DNA from: Eledone cirrhosa
Lineage: Eukaryota
Assembly: GCA_964016885.1 (NCBI GenBank)
Contig: OZ024742.1
Span: 354,888,001-354,952,000 of the forward strand
Length of the DNA stretch: 64,000 nucleotides
Direction of reading: 5' to 3'
A model generated the notes under the pieces. It saw only the letters and a list, made by a program, of their open reading frames with translations. It did no database searches and had not been told where the DNA came from. This document shows positions 34,494 through 49,549 of the stretch, piece by piece. Numbering within the stretch: position 1 is the stretch's first letter; each line of letters begins with the position of its first letter. A program made the translations under genes and the position numbers.

Positions 34494-34563
<70 letters not shown>

Positions 34564-34567
<4 letters not shown>

Positions 34568-35062
34568 TAAAAGGAAAATAAAATGCTGACAAACTGTTCC
34601 CAGTGAAAAATAGTTTAATTAGGAATAAGTAAAAATTAGTAATTGTATTGGTTAGTATTCAGTTTTGCTTTTAAGTTTTACCGGTTGCGCATTTCTAAAC
34701 CTTTTCAAAAATAATTTTGAGATAGATCGACCGTGATGTTTGCTCCAATCTGATTAGTTTTGGAAAATCTACCTGTTTTATGTAAAAAAAGTGGCTCCAG
34801 ATGTATGAAAAAATTCTTGTGTTCAAAACAATTTTGATTGATATGTAGAGGTCATGTGAATGTTAAAAATTGATTTTGCGCCAAGTGTAGGTTTGTCTCG
34901 GCTGATTGAGAAGTCACTGAAAAATAAGTCGTTCAAGACAAATATGTGTGTGTGTGTGTAGTAGTAGTATTAGTAGTAAAGAGGTTCGTTGTTGTGATAA
35001 TGATCAGCAGGGATGTGTGTGCGAACCGCAGCCTGTTGACAGTTCAAGTGCCTATTAAGACA

Positions 35063-35155
<93 letters not shown>

Positions 35156-36248
35156 CAGAGTAATTCGTGGTAGAGTGATGGTAGTAGGAATGTGTCTGTA
35201 CGTGTGTGGGGGTTATTTTAACATGTTAAAGCATATTTTTCAGCTCTTGTCTTATACGCAGAAGTGTGTGTGTGTATGTGTGCGTATATGTCTCTTTGTA
35301 TTTTAATGTACGCGCGTGCATGTGTGTGTGTGTATATATGTGTGTTTGTGTGTGAATGTGTGTGTGTGGGTGGACCAGTACTTTTGTGATACTGGTAAAA
35401 ATGTTGTACATTATTCGATATTTTCAGTAAAAACGATTCTCTCAATAGAACATCAAAAACCTTAATAATAAAAGGTGTGAAATGATATATAGTATTGGCA
35501 TAATACCAAGGTGTGTGTGAGAGTGTTCAGATTGTACGTACTGCAAGGGGAATCCATTAGGCCTTGCCGTATTGGAATACTTGTGTACAAATATGTATGT
35601 GCCCATCAGTGTGCAATGCATGTGTGCGTATATGTATGTATGTGTGTCGGCACGTTTATATCTATAGACATCAAAAGGTATGCACATTTGTGTATATTTG
35701 TGTTGCACCATAGAACATGTGTGTTTACGTATGTCATTGTGTTTATATGTGGATAGAGATGTATGCTGATGTAGGTATGTATGTTGACGTGTGTATGTTG
35801 TGGGTTCGTCTTAGGGAGAAGTGTTTAGATGGGGTCCGTATTTGTTAATAAAGTGAGATTCTTTGCTGATGCGCTGGGTTTGGGTGGCATTATCTTTAAA
35901 TGTGTAGAGGGGACAGATTCTGAAGTTGGGATGGTTTTGGGCGGCACAGGTATCAATGTGTTCACTCAGTGGTATTTTCCTGTATTCCTGTATTTTAATT
36001 TGGGATCTATGGACAGTCATGCTTTGGCGGAGGCTGTTTTTTGTCTGGCCTATGTATTGTACTCGACATCCTGAGCAAGTTAATACATATATTACATTTT
36101 CTGATGCGCGTGTGAAATTGTGTTTTACTATAAACCGTTTTTCTTCTTTGAAATAGAATTCCGAACCCTCTATTAGGTTGATGCATATGCCACAGTTGGG
36201 ACTATCGCACTTTTTTTACTGTGGGTTTCGTTGTTGTGGTTGGCATGT
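34564..36248 (-). mobile_element. Neptune-type PLE fragment (GIY-YIG + 3' UTR/pLTR), flanked by (TA)n
   Basis: KCDSPNCGICINL...NVIYVLTCSGCRVQYIGQT..LRQSMTVHRSQI...IPLSEHIDTC (35811-36230); related to 2201-3863. Confidence 0.88.
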
Positions 36249-36249
36249 G

Positions 36250-36317
<68 letters not shown>

Positions 36318-36318
<1 letters not shown>

Positions 36319-36465
36319 GGGAAAAAAGATGAAATCAAAAATGCAACTGGAGACTTATTTTAAAAGAAATATATATATTTATTTGGTTCCTTTACCGGTT
36401 TTGCATCTCTTCTGCCTTTCAAAAGTAGGGTAGAGATGGAGGGTTTGTGGTTTTTCTCACATAAT
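36318..36465 (-). mobile_element. Solo pLTR end of the 2201-3863 family
   Basis: Matches 2270-2412 (aaaaaagatgaaatc..aaatgc.actggag.cttatt...ttcctttaccggttt). Confidence 0.8.
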
Positions 36466-36469
36466 GAGA

Positions 36470-36796
36470 AACATTATTTCTGAAAACGGCGGGTAGTGAA
36501 GACGTATGTATATTTTCTTACTATAATATTTCGTAGAGATATTTTCCATAGATCAATAATAGAATGGATATACGCGGAACTATCCCCCAGAAACGATCGT
36601 AAATTAATGAACTTTACTATGAATTAACCGTATTTTTTTAATTTCATTGTTTTAATATTTCTATTTTTGACTCTGAATCCAATTAATTATATCGTTGAAA
36701 ATGTATTTTAAAATTTGCTTCATGACATCTTGTACATACGGTTTACATTTAGTTCGTCATACGGCTTAGACCCTACCATTGATAGGTAGATTTATC

Positions 36797-36798
<2 letters not shown>
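36470..36798 (+). mobile_element. Solo Naiad pLTR end with expanded hammerhead
   Basis: CATTATTT-CTGAAAA (36480) ... GAAACGATCGTA-AATTAATG (36590-36609); terminus ggtagatttatct matches the reverse complement of the 41224 end. Confidence 0.75.
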
Positions 36799-36869
<71 letters not shown>

Positions 36870-36961
36870 CTGTGGGTATATATTCATATATAGAGAGTTT
36901 TTGATTACACATACGTGGTCACGTGCACCCACAAATATGTACATTCCACGCAGTCACATCC

Positions 36962-37007
<46 letters not shown>

Positions 37008-37012
<5 letters not shown>

Positions 37013-37215
37013 AACAAGTAAGACCCCGACGGCTGAGCTCAAGCCGTTTCGACGGTTAATTCTGTACTCAATTAGTACAGAATTAGCCGTCGAAACGGCT
37101 TGAGCTCAGCCGTCGGTGTCTTACTTGTTCCTATTACCCACTATACTACCCTAAGTATTGAGTACTTTGGTGCGTTATGGTCCACCTGGTTGCTTACCAC
37201 ATATCCTTCGTTATA
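37008..37215. repeat. Fold-back palindrome (37008-37134) plus tail; family also at ~60006-60172 and ~60466-60545
   Basis: Arms contain GAAACGGCTTGAGCTCAGCCGTC; the tail cctattacccact.tactac.ctaagtattgagtacttt is shared with 60090-60170. Confidence 0.8.
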
Positions 37216-37232
37216 TATATATATATATATAC

Positions 37233-37293
<61 letters not shown>

Positions 37294-37473
37294 AATATAT
37301 ATATATATATTGTTATACTTTGGGAGGGTCATGTTGCCAATAAGAAACACACGCACCAGTTGCTTTCACTTCAGTTTATTATATATTTATAAATTTACAA
37401 ATCTACAAACTTGTAAATTATAAATTTCTGGTTGGTTGGTTGGTTCCACAACCAGATAGTTGTTTATATATAT

Positions 37474-37518
37474 AGTCATAGTTCTTTCGTCACACACTCT
37501 GTGACCTCTTCAGTGACT
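37474..37518 (-). ncRNA. Type I hammerhead ribozyme in a short element (37310-37584; related piece at 8257-8455)
   Basis: Stem I AGTCA/TGACT; CTGAAGA; stem II GTCAC/GTGAC; GAAAG AA CTA. Confidence 0.8.
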
Positions 37519-37582
37519 GGGGATTCCTTCTTCGTTTCTGTGCCTTTTCTTTCTTCTATCCTATGCTAAACAAATTCAGAAA

Positions 37583-39660
<2,078 letters not shown>

Positions 39661-40180
39661 TTGCGCGTAAGTGTGTGAGTGAGTATGTGTGTTTTTTTGT
39701 TTTTTTGTGAATGTGTCTGTTGATTTTTGGCATATAGTTGATTAGTTTAAGAGAAGTTCGAAGATAATAGTAAGATATGCACTCAGTATTTTGAATCTGT
39801 CTGCAGAATTCTCTAGACCTTTGTCACTTAGTAGAACCTTAATGACTTTAGCTTTTAAAGAATCTCCCTTTTCTTTAATTCTATCGACCATGACTGACCC
39901 CCCACTGATTTTATAGACATCTGTTAGCTTAAGAGAAACTTATTGACAAGGAATGGTATGCCATCCGGAACCTGTTTATAGAATTATGTCTGCCCTTGTT
40001 ACTCTAAAAACATAAATAAATAAAAATAAAAATAAAAATAAAAATAAACTATAGCTTTGTAGAATTAGCTTTTAATGAATTCCCTTTTCTATCAACCAAT
40101 GACCTGCACCCATCCCACTCCCCACCCTCTCCTACCACTTGTAGAGACCTATAAATACCATATTTATTTTTTGATACCCA

Positions 40181-40313
40181 GATTCCTGATGATTTCTAAT
40201 GAATGAAACAGTTCTAGTCCTGTAGAATCTCATCTATATTAAAACTGTTATACTCTGCTATGTATTGAGTACCTTACTTACTGTGGTAACCTCCGATTCA
40301 ACCCGGAATAACG

Positions 40314-40318
<5 letters not shown>
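40181..40318 (+). mobile_element. Short HHR-bearing pLTR-like family; copies at 40510-40590, 47573-47702, 60653-60840, 61509-61565
   Basis: CTGA(T/A)GA-TTTC....GAA-TGAAACAGT(T/A)CTAGTC plus shared tail tattgagtaccttacttactgtgg..caacccgg ending in (TA)n. Confidence 0.82.
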
Positions 40319-40374
<56 letters not shown>

Positions 40375-40682
40375 TTGTGTGAATGTGTGTGTGCTTTGTG
40401 TTAGTCCCGATTTCAAGAAAGGGTAACCACATTAAGTTTGGGACTCATTACTTTAGTAGAATGAAACATCAAGTTTAACATATAGATGCTTTCTTCAGGA
40501 TTAGAATTATTTCATTCAAAAGAAATCATCAGCGTTCCCTGATGATTTCTTTTGAATGAAAAAGTTACAATCTTCTACAACCTATTTAGGTTCTTGTGTT
40601 CTTCAGTAAGTCTTTTCAAGACTTCAAAAGCCTTGCTAAACATAGACACCGAAACCTCTTGGCACAGCGTTGGGTATTGTAG

Positions 40683-40736
<54 letters not shown>

Positions 40737-40789
40737 CTCACTTTCTCTCTCTTTCTCTCTATTTCTTTCTTTCTCTCTCTGTATATATA

Positions 40790-41200
40790 AACATCAGCAT
40801 AGAGAGAGAAGTACACATAGAGATATGTGTTCAAACATAGGAGATCAAAAACCACCAGAGTAATGAACATTGTCTCCGAAAGAAAAGGTGAATACAAATC
40901 AATAAAAAGGATAAATTAAAGTGTGCTAACCACGCAATTATAACAATAATACCCGACCCGACATGCTAAGTGTATGTTACGGCAGTCAGTTTAATATGTA
41001 TTCTTCACTTTTTGTGCCATACTCTAATGTAAGCATGTCCGTGTGTTATAGTTATTATTGGATGGTTAGTACACTTTAATTTCTTATCTTAATTGATTTG
41101 AATTCACCTTCCATTTCGTAAAAAAATAAGTTCATTACTGGTCGTTTTTGATCCCCTATGATTGATCACATATATCTACGTGTACATCTTTCTAAATGCT
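40790..41200. repeat. Diverged inverted repeat (~180-nt arms) between microsatellites
   Basis: gatcaaaaacc../..tttttgatc; aaggtgaat.caaatcaat/attgatttgaattcacctt; ttaaagtgtgctaacca/tggttagtacactttaa; gacatgct/agcatgtc. Confidence 0.75.
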
Positions 41201-41419
41201 TATATATATATATATATATATATGTAGATAAATCTACCAAGAGTTTACGGTAGTGTCCAATCCGTATGAAGAACTCAATGTATTCCCGATATCATGGAAA
41301 GAAGAGATGTAATGAAAAATCACTTTCGGTGAAAGATAAACGGTATACAGAGTCAAGATAAAATATTAAACAAATAATGAATAAACAATGAAACAGTTCC
41401 TTATATTAAACAAAAAAAG

Positions 41420-41573
41420 TTCATTATTTAACGATCGTTTCTAGGATATATATGTGTTAGAATTGGCATGCATATTCAACAGATCTATGTACAAAATTAT
41501 ACAAAATTATACAAACTATCAAGATTAAATATACATACCAACACATATATACGCCGTCTTCAGAAATAATGAA
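41420..41573 (-). ncRNA. Hammerhead ribozyme with ~115-nt stem II hairpin
   Basis: Perfect 10-bp stem I TTCATTATTT/AAATAATGAA; CTGAAGA; internal hairpin TATATATGTGTT/AACACATATATA; GAAAC GATC GTT. Confidence 0.72.
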
Positions 41574-42201
41574 ATATATTTATTGATAATAACAACAATT
41601 CAAAATTTCAGGTCCGTTTGGGAACAAAATTGACCAATGAAAATACAAAAGGTTTAATGCAGTTCGGTGTGTGTATATACATGTAACTACCCTTACACAT
41701 ATTTTACAAAAATGTATGCACAACTTGTATACGCATACCAAAAGGATGGATGCAAATACAAAATTTCAAGGTTAATGTCTCTGTAAGTTTATAATGCACA
41801 GATAAGATGCGTATAGACACATAAATATGAAATAAGTGTATACACATATTTTCATACTCACACATATCCGTACAATCACACACACACGCGCGTATATGCA
41901 TAAACATACACATAAACTACGAACATACAAACACACACACACCCCCACTCACATATATATATGTGGATATAAAATCCTAAGCACATGGATATTAATTCAC
42001 TCACATAAACACTGGCACACACATTTAGATCAAGATACAGAAATTAGGTGGGAGGGGGGGGAGAGGTCAGTATTCAACGGTTTGGGCAGACTGCTTAATA
42101 TAGATGTATCTATAAACTAAGAAAATAAAAAATAATAAATAATAAATAAACATTAAAAAGGAAAGAAAAGAAAAAGAAAAAGAAAAAAGAAATATATCAA
42201 G

Positions 42202-42204
<3 letters not shown>

Positions 42205-42261
<57 letters not shown>

Positions 42262-42407
42262 CACATACATACACACATATATAGACATATACATATACAA
42301 ACACATACATACATATACACACATCCACACTTAGAACATACATACACACACATATATAAACATATACATATACACACATATATACATATACACACATACA
42401 TATAAAT

Positions 42408-42472
<65 letters not shown>

Positions 42473-42767
42473 CATACATACACACATACATACACATATA
42501 ATCACACATACTATATAGACACACATATATATACACACATACACGCACATATACATACACTTACATACTTATATATATACAGATATACACATACATACCT
42601 ATATATACACACAACTACATACAGACATACATACATACATACAGACAAATACTTACGCATCTATATATCGGTATATACATACAAACACCACTACACTCTC
42701 ACACAACTCAGACATACAAAGAAAAAGGTATATACCTATACACATATACATATACAAATAGAGAAAC

Positions 42768-42850
<83 letters not shown>

Positions 42851-43052
42851 CACATATACACACATACACATACATACACATACATACATGTACACACACA
42901 TAGATATATATACACATACACACATACACACATACATATATAGTCATACACACACATACACCTACACGAACATACACATACACATATATAAAGATATATA
43001 TACACACACACACACACACATACACACACACACATATATATAAAAAATAAAG

Positions 43053-43089
<37 letters not shown>

Positions 43090-43182
43090 ATATACATACA
43101 TATACATACACACATACATAGACATATATGTACATACATACACATACATAGATACATACACACACATATATATAAAAAATAA

Positions 43183-43231
<49 letters not shown>

Positions 43232-43992
43232 GACATATACATACATACACTCACAACATACATACACACATATATACTCATACATAGAATTAGATATATA
43301 ATCATACATACATACGCACTTACATATACTCATATATACAAATACATACGCATCCATATATGCGTATATACATAGAAACACCACTACACCCTCACCCAAC
43401 TCAGACATACAAAGAAAAAGGCATATACATATACATATATACACGCATTAATAGAGATATATATACACATATATATATATATATATATACACACATACAC
43501 TTATATATATATACCCACACACACATACAACCATAAATACACATACAAACACCCACATATACATATATATACACATATATATATATACACACACATAAAA
43601 AACAGACATGCACATATATATTTTTTTACACATATATATACATATATATATACATATACACACCCTCACATATACACACATACACATAAGTTATATTATA
43701 ATAATAAATAATATATATATATACATATATATATACACATACGAACATAGACATATATACACACATAGATATATAAATATATATATATACACATACATAT
43801 ACACACACACATATACACACTCACATATATATGTGTGTGCACACACACATATATACACATACACACATATACACATAAACACATATATGTGTATACATGC
43901 ACACACACACATATATCCACATAGATACGAAGATAGACATATAAATAGAGAGACATACATATATATACACACACACATATACATACATACAT

Positions 43993-44041
<49 letters not shown>

Positions 44042-44118
44042 TACACATACACATATATATACACATGCATATATACACATATACACATACATACACACAT
44101 ATATATATACACACACAA
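42205..44118. repeat. Compound (CA)/(TA)/(TACA) low-complexity tract with internal duplications
   Basis: Direct reading; e.g. 42655-42735 is repeated at 43347-43425. Confidence 0.9.
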
Positions 44119-45355
44119 TCTTACATTCTTATTTGCATGCGCATATATGTATTTTTATATTCAGATATAAATACCCAAACATATATACACCTACCTACAT
44201 ATATATTCATACATACACGCTTACAAACACAGATGATAATAGTATGGGACAAGGGGGGGGGGGGGTGATGAAGGGGATTATAGTAAATATATGTTTCAAG
44301 AAACATAGAATATTATCCGTATCTGGATCCAATGTATGTTTTTACATAGTTTCAGTGTTAGGAAATACAATAAACAAGAAATAAGGCAAAATTTATGCAT
44401 TTCAAAATAAATAAGTATACCATTAATTATATGTTAACTAAACTAAAGATAGTTAACATATTGATTTATAAGGTGTAAATTAGTTAGGTTTATAATATTT
44501 GAAGCAGAATTTTGAAGTTAAATAGTAGTAGAGTATTAATTATAGTATAACTAAATTAAAGTTAATAACGTTATGGTATCAATATTAGGAAATGAATTTA
44601 GTAATAGGGAAAAAACAAATAAAGTATTACATCGGTAGTAGAATATAAATTATAGGTTAACTAAATTAAAAGTGATATATTTATTTCTATAGTATATGTT
44701 AATTAGGTATATAATAAATAAAACAGATATTGTATTTTATCAATAGCAGAATATAATTATATGCAAATAGAAATCAAAATTAATACATATACATATACAT
44801 ATACATACACATATATATATACATATATATACATATATATATACATATATACACATATACACACACACACACATACACATACACATATACATATACATAT
44901 TTTTTCAAAAATTGCAAAGAATATATTAACTAGGTATATATCCAAAACACATCCCATTCTATGATTACATGACATTCTGCAATTCGTCTGTATAAGGATA
45001 CTAATTTTAAGCCAATTAAATTAAATTTTTAGGTTGATTAAAATTAAAACCAAATTATAAATATATTTCTAAAATGTATATTAATTAGGTCTATAATACT
45101 AAAAATTATTTCTCTGTCATTGGATACACGATATTTTGTTATATTTTATCTGTAAAAGAATTATAATAAAAGGTTTAAATAAATTAAAATTAATCTATAA
45201 ATTAAATTACTAAGTATATATTAGTAATATTTAAAGGTTTTTCACAATTTATGATTACATAATATTTTATATTCTCATCTGTAATAGAATTTTAATTAAA
45301 TTAAATTTATAGGTTAACTAACATTTAAATTAAATTAATTTCTAAAATAATGTTA

Positions 45356-46905
45356 TTAATTAGGTTTATAATATTTAAATGTTTTTTTTAGTTTATGATT
45401 ACACGATATAATTAATTCCTGTCGTTTATTTAATAGGATATCCTTAGATTTCATTATTTCAAATAGTTCTTGGGAACATAATCTACATTCATTTCTATTA
45501 TTTTGATAAGGGGTGGCTCTTTTGAGCACACTCCAGGTCAAATCATATTCTATATTCTTATTTTTATAACTATTGATTTTTTCTGCTAGAGATGTTGTAT
45601 TAGCCAGTGCGGCATTTTTAAAACTATGCTTGTGGGTATTAAACCTTGTCTTAAAATTGTTAGAGGTAGCTCCTATATATGAGCAAATAGAATATTTAGT
45701 TTTAACATTACATTTATAGACTATGTTGTTAACAAGACAATTCCCTTTTAATGGGCAGTTTGCTTTGTTTCTACAGTTACAACCTTTCGTTAATTCTGTA
45801 TTTGAGGAGATATTATGGTTAATTTGATGTACTGGTGGTATACTTATGGTTTTCTTACATTTATATGCATTATAGGCACTTATATTTTGTTTTATGTTAT
45901 TTGTTGTAGAGTATGAGAATTTAACTGTAGACCTATTTAAGATTTGATGGTATTTGTGGTTTGGCGGGAAGTTTTTCTCTAGGATATAAAAAAAATTTTT
46001 AGCAATATTATCCTTAATTTGTAAATTAAATGGAGCATTATACCAAGTAACCCGTCTATTACGGTTTCTATGTTGTTTATTATTTTTATTATTTTTATAG
46101 GTTGTATCGTGATTTTTACTAGGAGGATTAATGTTAATGATCTCACCACAACCATTTTTAGTTATATTTGTAGATTTAGGTGTTTTATCCTTTTTATTAG
46201 GAGTTTTATTATTAATATTTATTAGAGTTGTATGATGAGTAGTTTTTTGAGAGTTACTATACTTTATATTAGAAGATTTGGTATTTTGGGGTATAGTGTG
46301 GGTGGCATTTAGGTGTGTACTTTTCATTTGGTGTTTGTTGGTAATATTAGGTTGTATGCTTTCAGTATTTTTAGTAGAAGGTATATATTCTAATCTATTT
46401 TTGTGGCCACTTCTATCTAGAGCTTCGTTATAGAAGGTCGCATTTTTATCAAATACATCTTGGTTAGAAGAAAGGTTAGAAATTCTAAGTGATATATTAT
46501 ATGCAAGGTTTTTAAGGATAGATTTAGGGTGATTAGATTGTGAGTGTATGTAATGTAAGTTTTGGTTTGGTTTATGGTAAGGTTGGTAGATACCCGTAGC
46601 TAAATCTAAAGTTATATCTAGGAAATTTACTACTTTACTTGTTTTTTCAAAAGTAATATTAAGATTATAATAGTCTTTAAGGAAAGTTCTAATATGTTTT
46701 TTGTTTTTTTCAATTTCTGAAAGGCTAAGGTTGTTAGAAAGAAGAAGACAGTCATCACGATATAAACCACCTTTGAAGTGGGGAAAGGAGGCATTTATGT
46801 TGAAAAGGAGAAAGAGGCCCACAAGATCAGTAATTTGGGCGGAATCGCTTGAACCCATAGTAATATCAAATAGATTACTATATGTGTTTCTGGTCCAGTA
46901 TTCAT
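45356..46905 (-). CDS. Naiad-type PLE polyprotein, C-terminal ~515 aa (RT palm/thumb, Cys linker, GIY-YIG), uninterrupted but lacking its N-terminus
   Basis: FDITMGSSDSAQITDLVG, GGLYRDDCL, VNFLDITLDL, SNHP, GCNCRNKANCPLKGNC, IVYKC..SYIGAT..FKTRFNTH, ECRLC, LLNKRQEL..CNH. Confidence 0.9.
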
Positions 46906-47262
46906 TCAGACAACGGACAACCTGATTTATGCCGTACGGTGTTAAGACAAGCACGTCACCTTTTTGTTCAACACTGACACATGAAGGATGTACTAGTTTC
47001 AAGCTTCTTAGCTATCATCAGCACCGTATACCCTTCTGCCAGATGGTTGAACGTTCGAAAGTATATACTTCCTTATGAAAATTAACGGCTGAGCAGCCTA
47101 ATTTGCATATCGAGTGAGTTCAGTCGACCAGGCGTACCGAAAACGATAAGTTGTATAGAATGAAACGAAATTTCATATCTCACTCTTAGTACGGCACTTA
47201 CTTAAATGTAAGCATGTATGTATACGTACATATATATATGTATACAGACGTACAGTAGCATG

Positions 47263-47330
<68 letters not shown>

Positions 47331-47510
47331 CAGGTACACATATATATATGTACGTATCAGTTTAGCGGACATTTATTATAACGCCCGCTTTGTCCGTTTG
47401 TAAACAAACGTACAGCCTGATTTATGCCGTACGTTGTTAAAGCAACCACGCCACCTTTTTGTAAGTGCCGTACTAAGAGTGAGAAATGATATTTCGTTTC
47501 ATTCTACTAC
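46906..47510 (-). mobile_element. Retrozyme-like repeat of the 24565 family (>1 unit plus inverted tail), abutting the Naiad 5' truncation
   Basis: Intact HHR GGTG-CTGATGA-TAGCTAAGAAGCTT-GAAACTAGTA-CATC at 46987-47025; unit restarts near 47410; 47460-47507 is inverted. Confidence 0.85.
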
Positions 47511-47512
47511 AA

Positions 47513-47575
<63 letters not shown>

Positions 47576-47696
47576 GTAGGTCCCGGGTTGAGTCGGGGAT
47601 AACCACAGTAAGTAAGGTACTCAATACATGGTAGAGTAAAATGAGCTTCCTGAAGGTTTCATCTTAATGAAACAGTACTAGTCCTGCAGAAGCTCC

Positions 47697-47746
<50 letters not shown>

Positions 47747-47996
47747 ATAATTGATGAAAGTTTAAGCAAAGAATCGTTGCTTTCAACCCTAACTTCTAAA
47801 ACTTCTAAAACTAAAAAAGTCAATCTATGAACGCAGAAGTAAATATTTCAAAAAACTTTCAAACGAAGGAAGACAGGAAGACGATACGTTGGTTCGTGTA
47901 AAAGTTCTCTGGCAAAGAACGGAAACAAAACTGAGATAATACGTCATTATTTGGTGCGGTGAAAACAATTATACGCAAAGACAAAACCACGTTTTG

Positions 47997-48086
<90 letters not shown>

Positions 48087-49038
48087 ATGAAAAATTGAAC
48101 AGGGACAGAACAGAGAGGCAGTACGATAAATGTTTATTAAATTCACGCTCAGGAGAGTGGGGGGTAGGTGGGGGACGACGTTTCGGGCATAAGCCCTTCT
48201 TCAGGTGAGAGTTCAAAAGATGTGTAGGGGAGTGGTGGAGAGACATGTAGCGAAAGGAAACGGTGCGAATGAAAAATTAACAAATAAAGACAAAAATATA
48301 ATAAATAATAAATAAAAATAAAGCATGATCAAAATACAAGGAATGAGAACATTTAAAAATAAAGGCATGATCAAAATAAACTGAAATTAAAAGGGGGGTA
48401 AACAGGTGGTGGAAGGGTGTGGGGTGAGTAGAGGTGGTGGCGGGTGGAGTGGGGAGAGGGAGACGGGGTGTCCGAGCGGGGAGGGCTGAAGGTGGTGTGT
48501 GTGGTTAGGTGTGCGTGTGTGTGTGCGTGTGTATGTGAAAGTGAGGGTTGGGGGAAGAACGGGGTTGTATGTTCAGGAAGGTATGTGTGGGGGCTGTTTT
48601 TGTGGGTCGGAGGATCTGTGCGTGTGTGGATAGGGGGGGTGGGGGGAGAGGAATCAGGGGGCTGAGGGTGTAAATATGTGGTGGGAAGCACGTGTGTGTG
48701 GTTTAAGCGTGTTGTGGGTGTGGGTGGCGTGTGGTTAAAAAAAATGTTTGGGGTGTGTGTGTGGGTGAGTTATATAGGTGATGGTGTAAGAGGATGGTTG
48801 AAAAGTGGTAAGTTACACGGATGTATGGTGATTTTGGTTGGATGTCAATAACGCGTGTGGGTAATCGAAGAAGCGGTGGTCGGAAGAGGAGAGATGTGGG
48901 GTGCGCGCGCAACAGGAAGTGGTCAGCAGTGGAAGTGCTGTGGTCAGTTGGTGCTGAGACAGTGGTCGGAAGGGCATAGCAGCAGTCGGTGGAATGGTAG
49001 GGAGGCGAGGATGGGTAGTTGTGAGAGTTGGAGTGAGG

Positions 49039-49075
<37 letters not shown>

Positions 49076-49549
49076 GTAGGGGTGTTAGTGGGATGAGTGA
49101 GTGTGGAGCGGGGAGAGAAGGGTGTGTGTGGTTCTATGGAGGGAGTGTGGTGTACTGGTGTGTGTGTAGTTTGGTGAAGAGGTGTTAGTGGGTGTTAGTA
49201 TACGGGAGGTGGGGAGGAGTGGAATGCAGGTGTGAGTGGGGGTTAGTGGGGGTAGGGTGTGTAGAGTTGGTGGTGTACGAGGGTGTGTGGGTACGTATGC
49301 GTGCGGTTGGAGGGTGTTAGTGATGTTAGTTGCGTGTGGGGTGGGTGGTGTAAGTGGGTGCGTGTGATAAGGAGGGAGAGGAGGAGAAGAGGGGAGGGAA
49401 GGGATGTTAGTATGTTAGTTGGGGAAGGGTGGTCAGATGAGGGGTGGAGTGGAGGTGTTAGTATTGTTAGTGTGGGGTGGGCGGTGAAAAGGAGGGGTGT
49501 GTTAGTGGTGTTAGTGGGGGATAAGTGTGGGGGAGGGGGTCGGTCGAAC

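Larger units (their letters stand above)
41224..46905 (-). mobile_element. Naiad-type PLE, 5'-truncated, with ~4 kb microsatellite-rich 3' region ending in an HHR-bearing pLTR
   Basis: Open ORF 46905-45356; pLTR end at 41224 homologous to the end of the 15940 element. Continuity of the intervening low-complexity DNA with the element is inferred. Confidence 0.75.

Noticed and set aside
46906-47002. N-terminal 32 aa (MKLVHPSC...) of the 548-aa ORF
   Set aside because: Derived from the non-coding retrozyme-like unit, starting at a TTG within the hammerhead; the in-frame fusion is probably chance.
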